Source of the DNA: an uncultured Bacilli bacterium
GTDB lineage: Bacteria > Bacillota_I > Bacilli_A > RF39 > UBA660
Assembly: GCA_947628375.1 (NCBI GenBank)
Contig: CANQZQ010000002.1
Span: 1-42,024, forward strand
Direction: 5' to 3'
Length of the DNA stretch: 42,024 bases
The translations under genes were made by a program, and so were the position numbers. Of this stretch, positions 25,714-34,542 are shown one piece after another; position 1 is the stretch's first letter, and each line of letters starts with the position of its first letter. Under the pieces are notes generated by a model. It was given only the letters and a program-made list of their open reading frames with translations, had not been told where the DNA came from and did not search any database.

Positions 25714-27909
25714 ATGAAGAATAAAAAGAATACAATAATGTTAATAATGGTAATATCAATATCTATGGTATTGTTAACATGGAATAAGAGTTATTCATAT
25801 AAAATGGATAATAATGAGATAGAAGAAAAAGAAGTAGAAAGAAAAGAATTTGGGATATATTATCAAACTTCTGGAAATTCATATGAAGAAAAAGATACTT
25901 TCCCAACTCAAGGATATCTGTTAAATACAATAAAAACAGAATGTCATGAATATGGAAGTGATAATGTAATACAAAATGCAGTAACACAAAGTTTAATAAA
26001 TGGAGTAATAGATGGAAGTATAATAGTACAAAGTACAAAAAGTATGTATTGTAAAATATATTTTGATAAAGATGAAACACCAACAGTAAGTTCATTTAAT
26101 ATAACAGGAAAAGATAAAAATGGTGGTGTATTACAAAATGGATATACATATAATACAGGAGTATATGCAATAAGTTGGAATGATAGAGATGTAGCACAAT
26201 ATTGCTTAAGTGATAATAGTAGTACATGTACAAATTGGGTAGAAATAGGAGATAAATCAGTTAAAACAATAACAATAGAGAATAGTACATATACAAATAC
26301 AGAAGGCCCAAAAACAATATATGCATATATAAAAGATAAAGCAAATAATATATCAAATACAATAACAAATTCGACTAAACAAATAGCAGTAGATCAAACG
26401 CCACCTGTAATAAATGCATTAACATTAACGGGAACACAAGCAGCTGGAATGACATTACAAAGTGGATATACTCATACACAAACAGTAAATTATAATGCAA
26501 CTATAACAGAAACAAATATGGAAGGATATTGTATAGTAGATGGAAGTAGTTGTAGTAATTACAATACATCACCAATAACATCATTAAGTAGTACAATAGC
26601 AATAGGAACAACACAAGGAAGCCATCCAATAACATTAAGTGTAAAAGATAAAGCAGGAAATATAGGCAGTAAAACTCAATCGATAAGATTAGACACACAA
26701 AATCCAACAATAACATTGAGTAATGGAACAGCAACAGAAACAAGTATAACAGTAACAGTAAATGCAAGTGATTCTAATGGAATAGCTAGTGTAACATGTA
26801 CAGCAGTAGGAAATAATGAAGCCAAAACTGGAACATATAATAGTACTGCTAAGACATGTACATTTAGTGGTTTAAAAGATGGAACACAATATACAATAAT
26901 TGGAGTAGCAACGGACGAATCAGGAAGAAAAGGTACAAGTACACCAATAGAAGTTACTACAATTAAGCTTTTAACAGATGGTCAAAAAAAGGCTCAAGAA
27001 GTGTTAGGTGTGGTACCAAAAGGGATAAGTGAAAAGTTACTTGGAGACATGTACAGATTTGTAGGTACGAAAGATACTGTAGATAACTGGATATGTTTTG
27101 GTTATAGTAATGTAGATACGGATTGTAAATCACCATCGAGTGATTTTATGTATCGAATAATAGGGATTACTGAAGATGGACAATTAAAACTCATAAAAAA
27201 TTTAGCATATGAAAAGTATGAATGGAATTGTGAAGATTGTGGGAGAAGTCTTCATGGAGCAGCTCTATATGAACTATGGAGTAGCTCAAGTGTCCGATAT
27301 AGGGTGCAATCCGATTTTCCAACAGATCATTTAAGTAATTTATCACCAGGCAGTTCAAAACAATGGAGTGAATTAGTAGAAACAAAAGACTGGTTATATG
27401 GAGATTTTATAGCATATAATAACAATCCAATACAGAATCTTACTGCTAATCAAGTGTATGAAGCCGAGTCTGGAAAAGTAGATGTGTATATTGAAAGAAG
27501 TAGCGAATATGATCTTGTTGGTAAATGGGAGAAAACAATTACGGGTAAATTTAGCTTAATGTATGTTCATGATTTTCTATACTCATATAGCTCTGATAAT
27601 AGTCTTGATTCTTCTAATACTAGATGCACTTACGCGGGTGACTGTAAAGATAGTTGGTTATTTATTGGCAATTCTTTGCCAGAAACAGATAATAACCAAC
27701 AAAGAGATGAATGGACCATGACTTCCAGAGGTTGGGATTATGCTGGGTGGTATCAAGCAAATAGAATCGGCAGCGGGGCCATCCTTGATAGCGCCGCCAC
27801 CAATACGATTTGGTATCGGCCCGTCTTTTATATCTCCCCAACAAAGGTTAAGATAAATAAGGGCAGTGGAGTGACTTCTTCACCTTTTATAGTTGTTCCA
27901 GTAATCTAG
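25714..27909 (+). CDS. N-terminally anchored/secreted modular protein B: same head and Ig/FN3 stalk as 11147-12883, unrelated ~315-aa aromatic-rich C-terminal tip
   Basis: It differs from protein A at 6 of the first 49 residues. Repeats end in VDQTPP and LDTQNP, each with YC(L/I)...C. The FN3-like part contains SITVTVNASDSNGI...FSGLKDGTQYTI. From about aa 418 the tip carries YRFVGTKDTVDNWICFG, FMYRIIGITEDGQLKLI, EWTMTSRG and WYRPVFYI motifs. Confidence 0.8.
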   Translation: MKNKKNTIMLIMVISISMVLLTWNKSYSYKMDNNEIEEKEVERKEFGIYYQTSGNSYEEKDTFPTQGYLLNTIKTECHEYGSDNVIQNAVTQSLINGVIDGSIIVQSTKSMYCKIYFDKDETPTVSSFNITGKDKNGGVLQNGYTYNTGVYAISWNDRDVAQYCLSDNSSTCTNWVEIGDKSVKTITIENSTYTNTEGPKTIYAYIKDKANNISNTITNSTKQIAVDQTPPVINALTLTGTQAAGMTLQSGYTHTQTVNYNATITETNMEGYCIVDGSSCSNYNTSPITSLSSTIAIGTTQGSHPITLSVKDKAGNIGSKTQSIRLDTQNPTITLSNGTATETSITVTVNASDSNGIASVTCTAVGNNEAKTGTYNSTAKTCTFSGLKDGTQYTIIGVATDESGRKGTSTPIEVTTIKLLTDGQKKAQEVLGVVPKGISEKLLGDMYRFVGTKDTVDNWICFGYSNVDTDCKSPSSDFMYRIIGITEDGQLKLIKNLAYEKYEWNCEDCGRSLHGAALYELWSSSSVRYRVQSDFPTDHLSNLSPGSSKQWSELVETKDWLYGDFIAYNNNPIQNLTANQVYEAESGKVDVYIERSSEYDLVGKWEKTITGKFSLMYVHDFLYSYSSDNSLDSSNTRCTYAGDCKDSWLFIGNSLPETDNNQQRDEWTMTSRGWDYAGWYQANRIGSGAILDSAATNTIWYRPVFYISPTKVKINKGSGVTSSPFIVVPVI

Positions 27910-27916
27910 TGTTCAA

Positions 27917-27986
27917 ATCGAGAAGGAAAACTCGTAAAAACCTTCATAGACTTAATCCTTGGGAAGAGAGCAATCTCTTCCTTTTT
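27917..27986 (+). repeat. Conserved 3' element of module B, including an intrinsic terminator (27962-27986)
   Basis: Near-identical to 12891-12961. Hairpin GGAAGAGA-gcaa-TCTCTTCC plus T5. It begins 7 nt after the stop codon. Confidence 0.8.
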
Positions 27987-28014
27987 ATGTTGAAAACTAT
28001 TAAGTTTTCAACAT
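27987..28014 (+). repeat. Palindrome, member 2 of the ATGTTGAAAA/TTTTCAACAT family
   Basis: ATGTTGAAAAC-tattaa-GTTTTCAACAT, a perfect 11-bp inverted repeat. Confidence 0.7.
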
Positions 28015-28065
28015 AATATTTATTTTATTAAACATTATTGGTAAAATTATAATAGAAAGAGTGAT

Positions 28066-29211
28066 ATGATGAAATATTTAAGTAAAGATAATATAAATAA
28101 TAAAAAAGTATTATTAAGATGTGATTTTAATGTCCCTGTAGTAGATAATAAAATTACCGATGATAGCAGAATAACTAAAAGTTTTAAAACAATTAATTAT
28201 TTATTAGATAATAACAATAAAGTTATTTTATTAAGTCATTTTGGAAGAGTAAAAAGTGAAGAAGATAAAAAGAAAAATAGTTTATACATTGTTTATGAAT
28301 ATTTAAAGAAGTATTATGATTTAGAATTTATTAGTAATCCCTTAGATTTAAGCATTATAAATAATAGTGATAAAAATTTATTTTTAGTAGAAAATACAAG
28401 ATTTACTGATATTCCCGAAAAAAAAGAAAGTGCTAATGATTTAAAACTAGCTAAATATTGGAGTAATTTTGCTGATGTTTTTGTTATTGATGCTTTTGGT
28501 TCCATGCATCGTACTCATTCATCTACTGCTGGAATATCTAACTATTTACCAACTTATTTAGGATTCTTAGTCGAAGAAGAATTAAATAACTTAAGTCCTC
28601 TTTTAAACCATATTGATTTAGTTATTATGGGTGGTGCTAAAGTAGATGATAAAATTAAAATAATTGAGGGTATTCTTCCTAAATGTAATTACTTAATTAT
28701 AACTGGAGGTATTTTAAATACATTTTTACAAGTAATGGGCTATAATGTGGGAAATAGTTTAGTTGCTACAGATGAAGAAGTTTTAAATAAAGTTAAAGAT
28801 ATATTAGATAGTAATAAAGATAAAATATTATATTCAGATACATTTATTGTTAAAAGAGATAATGATAATATTAAACTAAGTTTAAAAGATATTAAAGATA
28901 GAGATATTATTTATGATAATATTATTGATTTAGATAATATTATTAATAATTCTAAAATTATCTTTTTAAATGGTACTTGTGGTATGTGTGAAAATGATGC
29001 TTATAAAGAAGGAACTACTATGTTATTAAATAAACTAGCTAACTGTGGTAATGATGTTTATATTGGTGGTGGTGATACTGCTTCTTTTGTTAAACTATTT
29101 AATTTAGAAGAAAAGTTTAAATATGTTTCAAGTGGGGGAGGAGCAACTTTAGAATATATAAGTGATGGTGATTTAAAAGCTTTAAAATATATTAGAGAAA
29201 ATTTGCAATAA
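28066..29211 (+). CDS. pgk: Phosphoglycerate kinase (short, divergent)
   Basis: LLRCDFNVPV..KITDDSRI, SHFGR, AFGSMHR, GGAKVDDKI, IGGGDTASFV, SSGGGATLEY; 381 aa. Confidence 0.85.
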   Translation: MMKYLSKDNINNKKVLLRCDFNVPVVDNKITDDSRITKSFKTINYLLDNNNKVILLSHFGRVKSEEDKKKNSLYIVYEYLKKYYDLEFISNPLDLSIINNSDKNLFLVENTRFTDIPEKKESANDLKLAKYWSNFADVFVIDAFGSMHRTHSSTAGISNYLPTYLGFLVEEELNNLSPLLNHIDLVIMGGAKVDDKIKIIEGILPKCNYLIITGGILNTFLQVMGYNVGNSLVATDEEVLNKVKDILDSNKDKILYSDTFIVKRDNDNIKLSLKDIKDRDIIYDNIIDLDNIINNSKIIFLNGTCGMCENDAYKEGTTMLLNKLANCGNDVYIGGGDTASFVKLFNLEEKFKYVSSGGGATLEYISDGDLKALKYIRENLQ

Positions 29212-29252
29212 AATGCAAATTTTATTAATATTTATATTAAAAATGCATTCTA

Positions 29253-29281
29253 TTGCAAATTTATAAATTATGTAATATAAT
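29253..29281 (+). promoter_or_regulatory. Sigma-A-type promoter upstream of the AAA ATPase gene
   Basis: TTGCAA (29253-29258), a 17-nt spacer, then TATAAT (29276-29281). Confidence 0.55.
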
Positions 29282-29299
29282 TATTTTGGAGGAAGCAAA

Positions 29300-30499
29300 A
29301 TGTTAAAAAGACAAGATTATTTAAAAAAATTATCTTCTTGGAAAGATAAAGACTTAATAAAAGTAGTAACAGGAATAAGAAGATGTGGAAAATCAACCTT
29401 ATTTTTATTATTTATAGATTATCTTAAACAAGAAGGAATAAAAGATGACCATATTATATATTTAAATTTGGAATTACCTGATTATAATTTTAATAATTAT
29501 AAAGAATTATATGATTATATAAAAAATAAAATAAAAGATAATAAAAAATACTATGTATTTTTAGATGAAGTACAAAATGTAGCAGAATTTCAAAAAGCCA
29601 TTGATGGATTATATATAAATAAAAATATAGATTTATATATAACAGGTTCTAATGCTTACCTTTTATCTGGAGAACTTGCTACTTTACTTTCAGGAAGATA
29701 TATTGAAATAAATATGTTACCACTATCTTTTAAAGAATATAAAGATTATTTTAAAGAAGATAATAATGAAAAATTATATTTACAATATATTAATAATAGT
29801 TCTTTTCCTTATGCTTTAAATTTAAATGATAGTGATCAAATTGATAGCTATTTAGATAGTATATATAATACAATAATAATTAAGGATATATTAGATAGAA
29901 ATAAGATTAGTGATGCTAGTATTTTAAAAAGCATTACCGAATTTTTATTTTCTTCAATAGGCTCTAGTTTATCAGTTAAAAAGATTGCTGATACACTTAC
30001 TTCAAATGGAAGAAAAACATCTATTCATACAGTAGAAAATTATTTAGAAAGTTTAACAAATAGTTATATTTTTAATAAAGTAAATAGATATGATATTAAA
30101 GGAAAAGAATATTTACAAACAGGTTGTAAGTACTATGCTACAGATGTAACAATGAGGTATGCTGTTTTAGGAAGAAAAAATATTGATTTAGGACATATTT
30201 TAGAAAATATAGTTTATTTAGAATTAAAAAGACGAGGCTATAAAGTATTTATAGGAAAAAGCGGAAGAGGAGAAGTAGACTTTGTAGCCCAAAATAAAGA
30301 AGGCAATATTTATATTCAAGTTGCTTATTCTGTAAGGAATGAAGAAACTTTAAAAAGAGAATTAAATGCTTTAAAATCAATAAATGATCATTATCCAAAA
30401 TTTATTTTGACTATGGATATGGATCCTGAAGTAGATTTTGACGGTATTAGAAAAATGAATGTTTTAAATTGGTTATTAAAAAATAATGTTGAAAAGTAA
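29300..30499 (+). CDS. AAA-type ATPase with C-terminal DUF4143-like (PD-(D/E)xK-like) domain
   Basis: Walker A GIRRCGKSTL, Walker B YVFLDEVQNV, C-terminal GRGEVDFVAQ...IYIQVAYS; 399 aa; GGAGGA RBS. Confidence 0.7.
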   Translation: MLKRQDYLKKLSSWKDKDLIKVVTGIRRCGKSTLFLLFIDYLKQEGIKDDHIIYLNLELPDYNFNNYKELYDYIKNKIKDNKKYYVFLDEVQNVAEFQKAIDGLYINKNIDLYITGSNAYLLSGELATLLSGRYIEINMLPLSFKEYKDYFKEDNNEKLYLQYINNSSFPYALNLNDSDQIDSYLDSIYNTIIIKDILDRNKISDASILKSITEFLFSSIGSSLSVKKIADTLTSNGRKTSIHTVENYLESLTNSYIFNKVNRYDIKGKEYLQTGCKYYATDVTMRYAVLGRKNIDLGHILENIVYLELKRRGYKVFIGKSGRGEVDFVAQNKEGNIYIQVAYSVRNEETLKRELNALKSINDHYPKFILTMDMDPEVDFDGIRKMNVLNWLLKNNVEK

Positions 30500-30522
30500 T
30501 AAGTTATCAACATTATTTTTTT
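30486..30522 (+). terminator. Terminator hairpin, member 3 of the ATGTTGA.../...TCAACAT family
   Basis: ATGTTGA (30486-30492) pairs with TCAACAT (30507-30513), followed by T7. The left arm lies inside the last codons of the ATPase gene. Confidence 0.55.
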
Positions 30523-30523
30523 C

Positions 30524-30551
30524 TTGACAAAATAATGTTTCTGATTATAAT
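30524..30551 (+). promoter_or_regulatory. Sigma-A-type promoter of the lipoprotein gene
   Basis: TTGACA (30524-30529), a 16-nt spacer, then TATAAT (30546-30551). Confidence 0.6.
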
Positions 30552-30586
30552 AAAGGCTAGTTTTTTTAAGAAAGGGGATTTTTTGA

Positions 30587-32497
30587 ATGATTGAAAAAAC
30601 AAAAATTAATTTTAAGAAAGGAGTAACTTGTCTTTTAGTTGCTCTTCAAATTGGTGTAGTAGCGGGTTGTAATACAAAAGAAGATGATAGTCAAATAACT
30701 ATTTCTAAAGAAGAATATGAGAGCTTATTAGATGATTTAGAACAAAAAGAAAAAGCAATTGAAGATTTAGATTTAGAATCACATAATTTAATAGATCAAA
30801 TTAATCACTTAGAAGCCCAAAATAATGATTTAAATAGTTCATTAAATGATTTAGATTATTTAAGAGAAAAACTTAACGAAGTTGAAGCCGAAGATTTTGC
30901 TAATTACTTAAAAGAAAATAATACCGCAACAATTGATGGCGAATTAGATCTAACTGGTGAATATTGGCATGCTAGAAGATACAAAGTTGGTGATGAATAC
31001 CATTGTGTAATAGATATAACGGGAGAGATTCCACTTGTAGCACATAGCGATTTAAGATTAAAAGAAGTAATTGGCTATTTGCATCTAAATTCTTATTTGG
31101 ATTATCCAGGAGATATGGAATTAAATATTTCATTAGATAAGTTAGCCTCAGCAAGATTTAGTGATATTCCATTTGAAAAATTTACTATTTTAAATATATT
31201 ACCTAGTGAGAAAATGGAAATAGATGAAAACTTTACGATGCCATCTTTTGACGGCGAACTTGAAAGTGTTTTCTTTGATGCTGGAACATTTGAAAAAATT
31301 TCTAACGAAAATATCGTTAAATTATTTTATTATGTTTCTAAGCATAATGGAAGTATAATCATTGATAAATTATGTGCTGATGAAAAAGCAAAAATTGAAG
31401 AAATAGCTGATAAAATAAAAGATATGCATTTTAGAAGATTTGCTAGTTATTGGGTTAGTAATGATTGTCTTGATACCTTTAAATATATTCCAGCCGAAAC
31501 GATTGTTCCGGTAATTCAAGGAAAATATTCTTATACTTTTTTACCTAATGCCAAATACGTTTTAAATGACGCAACAGATAATTTATCTTTATATGGACTA
31601 GAATTAAAAGAAGGTATAAGTGTTGATAGTAATCATAGTATTAATTTAGATTTAAATATAAGTAAACCATTTTGTGATGTTAACTTTAATCTACCTAAAG
31701 ATAGTCATGTTAATTTAAACTATTATGATAATTATGTTATATTTACCGAAAATACTTTAAAAAGCTTAGAAAATTATAATGTTAATTTTAATGAAGGAGT
31801 ACCTCTTAAAAGTGACGTAAGTGCAATTAAAGAAATGAATACTTTATCTAAAAACATTAAACTAGAAATGTTAGAAAATAAAGAATATCGTCGTTTTAAA
31901 ATAACTTTGAATATTCCTGAATATGGTATTAGTGATAATGATTTTCTAACTCTCCAAAATATTATCTCATTCTGCAATGAATATGGTGATTATAATCATT
32001 TTGATGATTTAGTTATTAATGCCTATAATAAAGAAGATATTCCAAATAATATTACTGATCATTTGTATTTTAATGAATTAAGAAATATTACATTTAATAA
32101 TTATGGTAGTAACATTAGTTTTCTAAATATATTTAATTCTTCTAATGGGTGTGGCTTTACTAATTTAACATTTAATAATTATTCTAAAGTTAATGATTAT
32201 GATTTATTAAATAAAGTTGTTTCTAAGTATACTCATGATAATGGGATTTCTATATTAAATCATGTTAATTCAAATGAGTTATACATAACTTATGAAGATG
32301 GTTCTAAAGAAGGACAAAGCCTTCCAAGTGAAGCCCAAGTACAAAAACTAATTGGCTATGGATATAGAGAAGACGAGGCTTTTAACATAGTTAATAATAA
32401 AGAATATGATAAAATATTTTATTTCTATGTTTATGTTAATGGGGAAAAACATAAAATTAGTTATGAAAAAACATATTCTTTAAAAAGAGCAAAATAA
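30587..32497 (+). CDS. Large lipoprotein with N-terminal coiled coil, function unknown
   Basis: Lipobox LVALQIGVVAGC, followed by an Asp/Glu/Leu-rich coiled coil and then ~500 aa with no motif I recognise. Confidence 0.65.
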   Translation: MIEKTKINFKKGVTCLLVALQIGVVAGCNTKEDDSQITISKEEYESLLDDLEQKEKAIEDLDLESHNLIDQINHLEAQNNDLNSSLNDLDYLREKLNEVEAEDFANYLKENNTATIDGELDLTGEYWHARRYKVGDEYHCVIDITGEIPLVAHSDLRLKEVIGYLHLNSYLDYPGDMELNISLDKLASARFSDIPFEKFTILNILPSEKMEIDENFTMPSFDGELESVFFDAGTFEKISNENIVKLFYYVSKHNGSIIIDKLCADEKAKIEEIADKIKDMHFRRFASYWVSNDCLDTFKYIPAETIVPVIQGKYSYTFLPNAKYVLNDATDNLSLYGLELKEGISVDSNHSINLDLNISKPFCDVNFNLPKDSHVNLNYYDNYVIFTENTLKSLENYNVNFNEGVPLKSDVSAIKEMNTLSKNIKLEMLENKEYRRFKITLNIPEYGISDNDFLTLQNIISFCNEYGDYNHFDDLVINAYNKEDIPNNITDHLYFNELRNITFNNYGSNISFLNIFNSSNGCGFTNLTFNNYSKVNDYDLLNKVVSKYTHDNGISILNHVNSNELYITYEDGSKEGQSLPSEAQVQKLIGYGYREDEAFNIVNNKEYDKIFYFYVYVNGEKHKISYEKTYSLKRAK

Positions 32498-32505
32498 ATT
32501 TTAGA

Positions 32506-32534
32506 AAGAGCTGTTCCAAAGCAGTTCTTTTTTA
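32506..32534 (+). terminator. Rho-independent terminator
   Basis: AAGAGCTG-ttccaaag-CAGTTCTT (one G-U pair) followed by a T-run. Confidence 0.65.
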
Positions 32535-32552
32535 TTTTATAAAAAATTTAAT

Positions 32553-32614
32553 AAATTTTTCTAAAAAAGAAGGAAATGAAAGAAAAAAAGCTAATATATA
32601 TAGTGAAGGGAGGA
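32553..32614 (+). repeat. ~60-nt purine-rich leader element, copy 2
   Basis: See 3062-3121. Here the SD/ATG is followed by only a 7-codon ORF. Confidence 0.6.
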
Positions 32615-32715
32615 AATATAAATGTCGAAAAAAAGTTTCTTTTGATATCATTTGTCAAAAACATTGCTTTTCTAAAAATAATTATTAATATATAGACTTT
32701 AAAGGAGGAATAGCA

Positions 32716-33525
32716 ATGTTAAATTTTGATTATTTAAACGATGACTTAGCTTTTAAACAAGTATTTATGCATAATGAAATACTAGAAGATTTAATAACAT
32801 CATTTTTAAATTATATAGGCAAAAACAATAATAATAGATTAATAACCGAATTAATACCCAATTCTTATATAAATCCTGATCATAAAAAATTTAGAAGCTA
32901 TTATGGTGATTTAACTGCAACTAAAGATGATGTTATCATATCAATTGAAATGTATAAAAATAAGTTTAGTCAAAAAGACTATAATAAAAGTTTAGGCTAT
33001 TTATGTAGGCTTTATAGTCGTCAAGCAAAAAGTATAAAAACAACTGATTACAAGAAAGTTATAAGTCTCAATTTCATTAAAGGCAATTTTAAAAGAATCA
33101 ATAATAATATTGTTAATGGTTATAGTCTTAAGAATGTCATTAATAATAGTGAATTAAATGATAATATTTTAATGTATTTAGTAAGGTATGATTTAATAGA
33201 TAATATACCTTATGAAGATGAAGAAGAAAGATTTATAACATTTTTAAGAATAATAGGGAGTAAAAGTGTGAAAGATATGAAAAAATATGCCAAAGGAGAT
33301 AAGATAATGGAAGAAATAATAAAGATGTTAAAAGAATGGAATATTGAATCAGATAGAATTAATTATCAAAGAAGAATTGATGAAGCTAAAGAAGAAGGAA
33401 TAGAAGCAAATAAAATTGCCACAGCTAAAAAATTAATTAATTTAAATGCTTCAAAAGAATACATATTAGAAATAACTGAAATTAGTGATAAAGAATATGA
33501 AAAATTAATAAATAATAAATGGTAA
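32716..33525 (+). CDS. Rpn/YhgA-like PD-(D/E)xK nuclease family protein (putative transposase-like, PDDEXK_2)
   Basis: The N-terminal DDLAFKQVFMHNEILEDLITSFLNYIG and the core GDLTATKDDVIISIEMY match the pattern of this family. AAAGGAGG RBS. Confidence 0.6.
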   Translation: MLNFDYLNDDLAFKQVFMHNEILEDLITSFLNYIGKNNNNRLITELIPNSYINPDHKKFRSYYGDLTATKDDVIISIEMYKNKFSQKDYNKSLGYLCRLYSRQAKSIKTTDYKKVISLNFIKGNFKRINNNIVNGYSLKNVINNSELNDNILMYLVRYDLIDNIPYEDEEERFITFLRIIGSKSVKDMKKYAKGDKIMEEIIKMLKEWNIESDRINYQRRIDEAKEEGIEANKIATAKKLINLNASKEYILEITEISDKEYEKLINNKW

Positions 33526-33556
33526 AATAGATAAAAAATATAGATAATCGTCATAA

Positions 33557-33618
33557 TTCGACAAATATTTACATAGATAGACAAAACTTGTCAAAACTTC
33601 CTATGGCTTTTTGTCAAA
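33557..33618. promoter_or_regulatory. Spo0A-box cluster upstream of spo0A
   Basis: Perfect 0A box TGTCGAA on the minus strand (TTCGACA at 33557-33563), plus TGTCAAA at 33589-33595 and 33612-33618. Confidence 0.55.
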
Positions 33619-33674
33619 TATTCTTTTATAATGAATTTACAAGCAGTACAAAAATTATAAAAGAGGAGAGAAAA

Positions 33675-34436
33675 ATGAAAAACAACGTTAAGGTTTTAGT
33701 TATTGATAATAATGAATCAATGACTAAAGACTTAGAGAAGTATTTTAGCAGTCATGAAGTTATTAAAGTAGTAGCTTGTAAAAATAATGGAGAAGAAGGT
33801 CTTAGTTATTTAATTAATAATATTAATAATGTTGATATTATCTTAATGGATCTTATTCTTCCTAAAATGGATGGTTTATATATTTTAAGTGAAATGGCAT
33901 CAAGGAATATTAGAAAGGATGTTATTATAGCCACTAATTTCCAAGATGAACATATTTTAGCGGAAGCTAATAAATATGGTATTGATTATTACATGTTAAA
34001 ACCTATAAACTATGCTAGTTTAGAAAAAAGAATTTTGTCTATTGAATTAAATAATGAAAGTAAGAAGAAAAAGATATTTAATTTAGAAAGAATTCTAACT
34101 GATTTACTTCATAATTTAGGAATTCCATCTCATGTAAGAGGGTATCAATATATTAAAGAAGGAGTTCAAATAGTCTACGAAGAAAGTAATGGTATTTCTT
34201 ATATAACAAAAGATGTTTATCCGGAAATAGCTAGAAGATATAATACAACTTCGACAAGAGTAGAAAGAGCAATTAGACATGCTATTGAAATTAGTTGGAA
34301 TCGTGGCGATATAAATTTAATGGAAAGTATATTTGGCAATAGTATTAATGTTAATCGTGATAAGCCAACAAATGCTGAATATTTAACAACTATTGCTGAT
34401 AAATTAAAAGTTGATAATAATTTAGTTTATAATTAG
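33675..34436 (+). CDS. spo0A: Sporulation master response regulator Spo0A
   Basis: Receiver domain (VLVIDNNESM..., DIILMDLILPKMDG) plus the Spo0A-specific C-terminus LGIPSHVRGYQYIKEGV...TSTRVERAIRHAIEISWNRG. The ATG at 33675 has a GAGGAG RBS; the track start at 33588 is an extension. Confidence 0.95.
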   Translation: MKNNVKVLVIDNNESMTKDLEKYFSSHEVIKVVACKNNGEEGLSYLINNINNVDIILMDLILPKMDGLYILSEMASRNIRKDVIIATNFQDEHILAEANKYGIDYYMLKPINYASLEKRILSIELNNESKKKKIFNLERILTDLLHNLGIPSHVRGYQYIKEGVQIVYEESNGISYITKDVYPEIARRYNTTSTRVERAIRHAIEISWNRGDINLMESIFGNSINVNRDKPTNAEYLTTIADKLKVDNNLVYN

Positions 34437-34461
34437 AAAATCTCTTTTTCTAATTTTTTTT
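34433..34461 (+). terminator. Rho-independent terminator of spo0A
   Basis: TTAGAAAA-tctct-TTTTCTAA followed by T8. Confidence 0.7.
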
Positions 34462-34542
34462 GACTTTAATTTGTCTTATTTTCCTTAATGGCAAATTGTT
34501 TTTTTTCATATATTATGGTATATTAAACATAAGGTGAATACT

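Noticed and set aside
25763-26767. Minus-strand ORFs (110 and 88 aa) inside module B's large gene
   Set aside because: The same purine-skew artefact as in module A.
32622-32645. 7-codon ORF MSKKSFF as a real gene
   Set aside because: It is too short to support. Its ATG overlaps a perfect Spo0A box, and it is more likely part of a leader or remnant. It is reported only in the context of the repeated element.
33588-33674. N-terminal extensions given by the ORF track for spo0A, and likewise for metG (14323), tatD (15821), clpP (22425), spoVG (20138) and gpmI (34534)
   Set aside because: In each case a downstream ATG with a good Shine-Dalgarno site matches the conserved protein N-terminus. The extensions overlap upstream genes or promoter and operator DNA.
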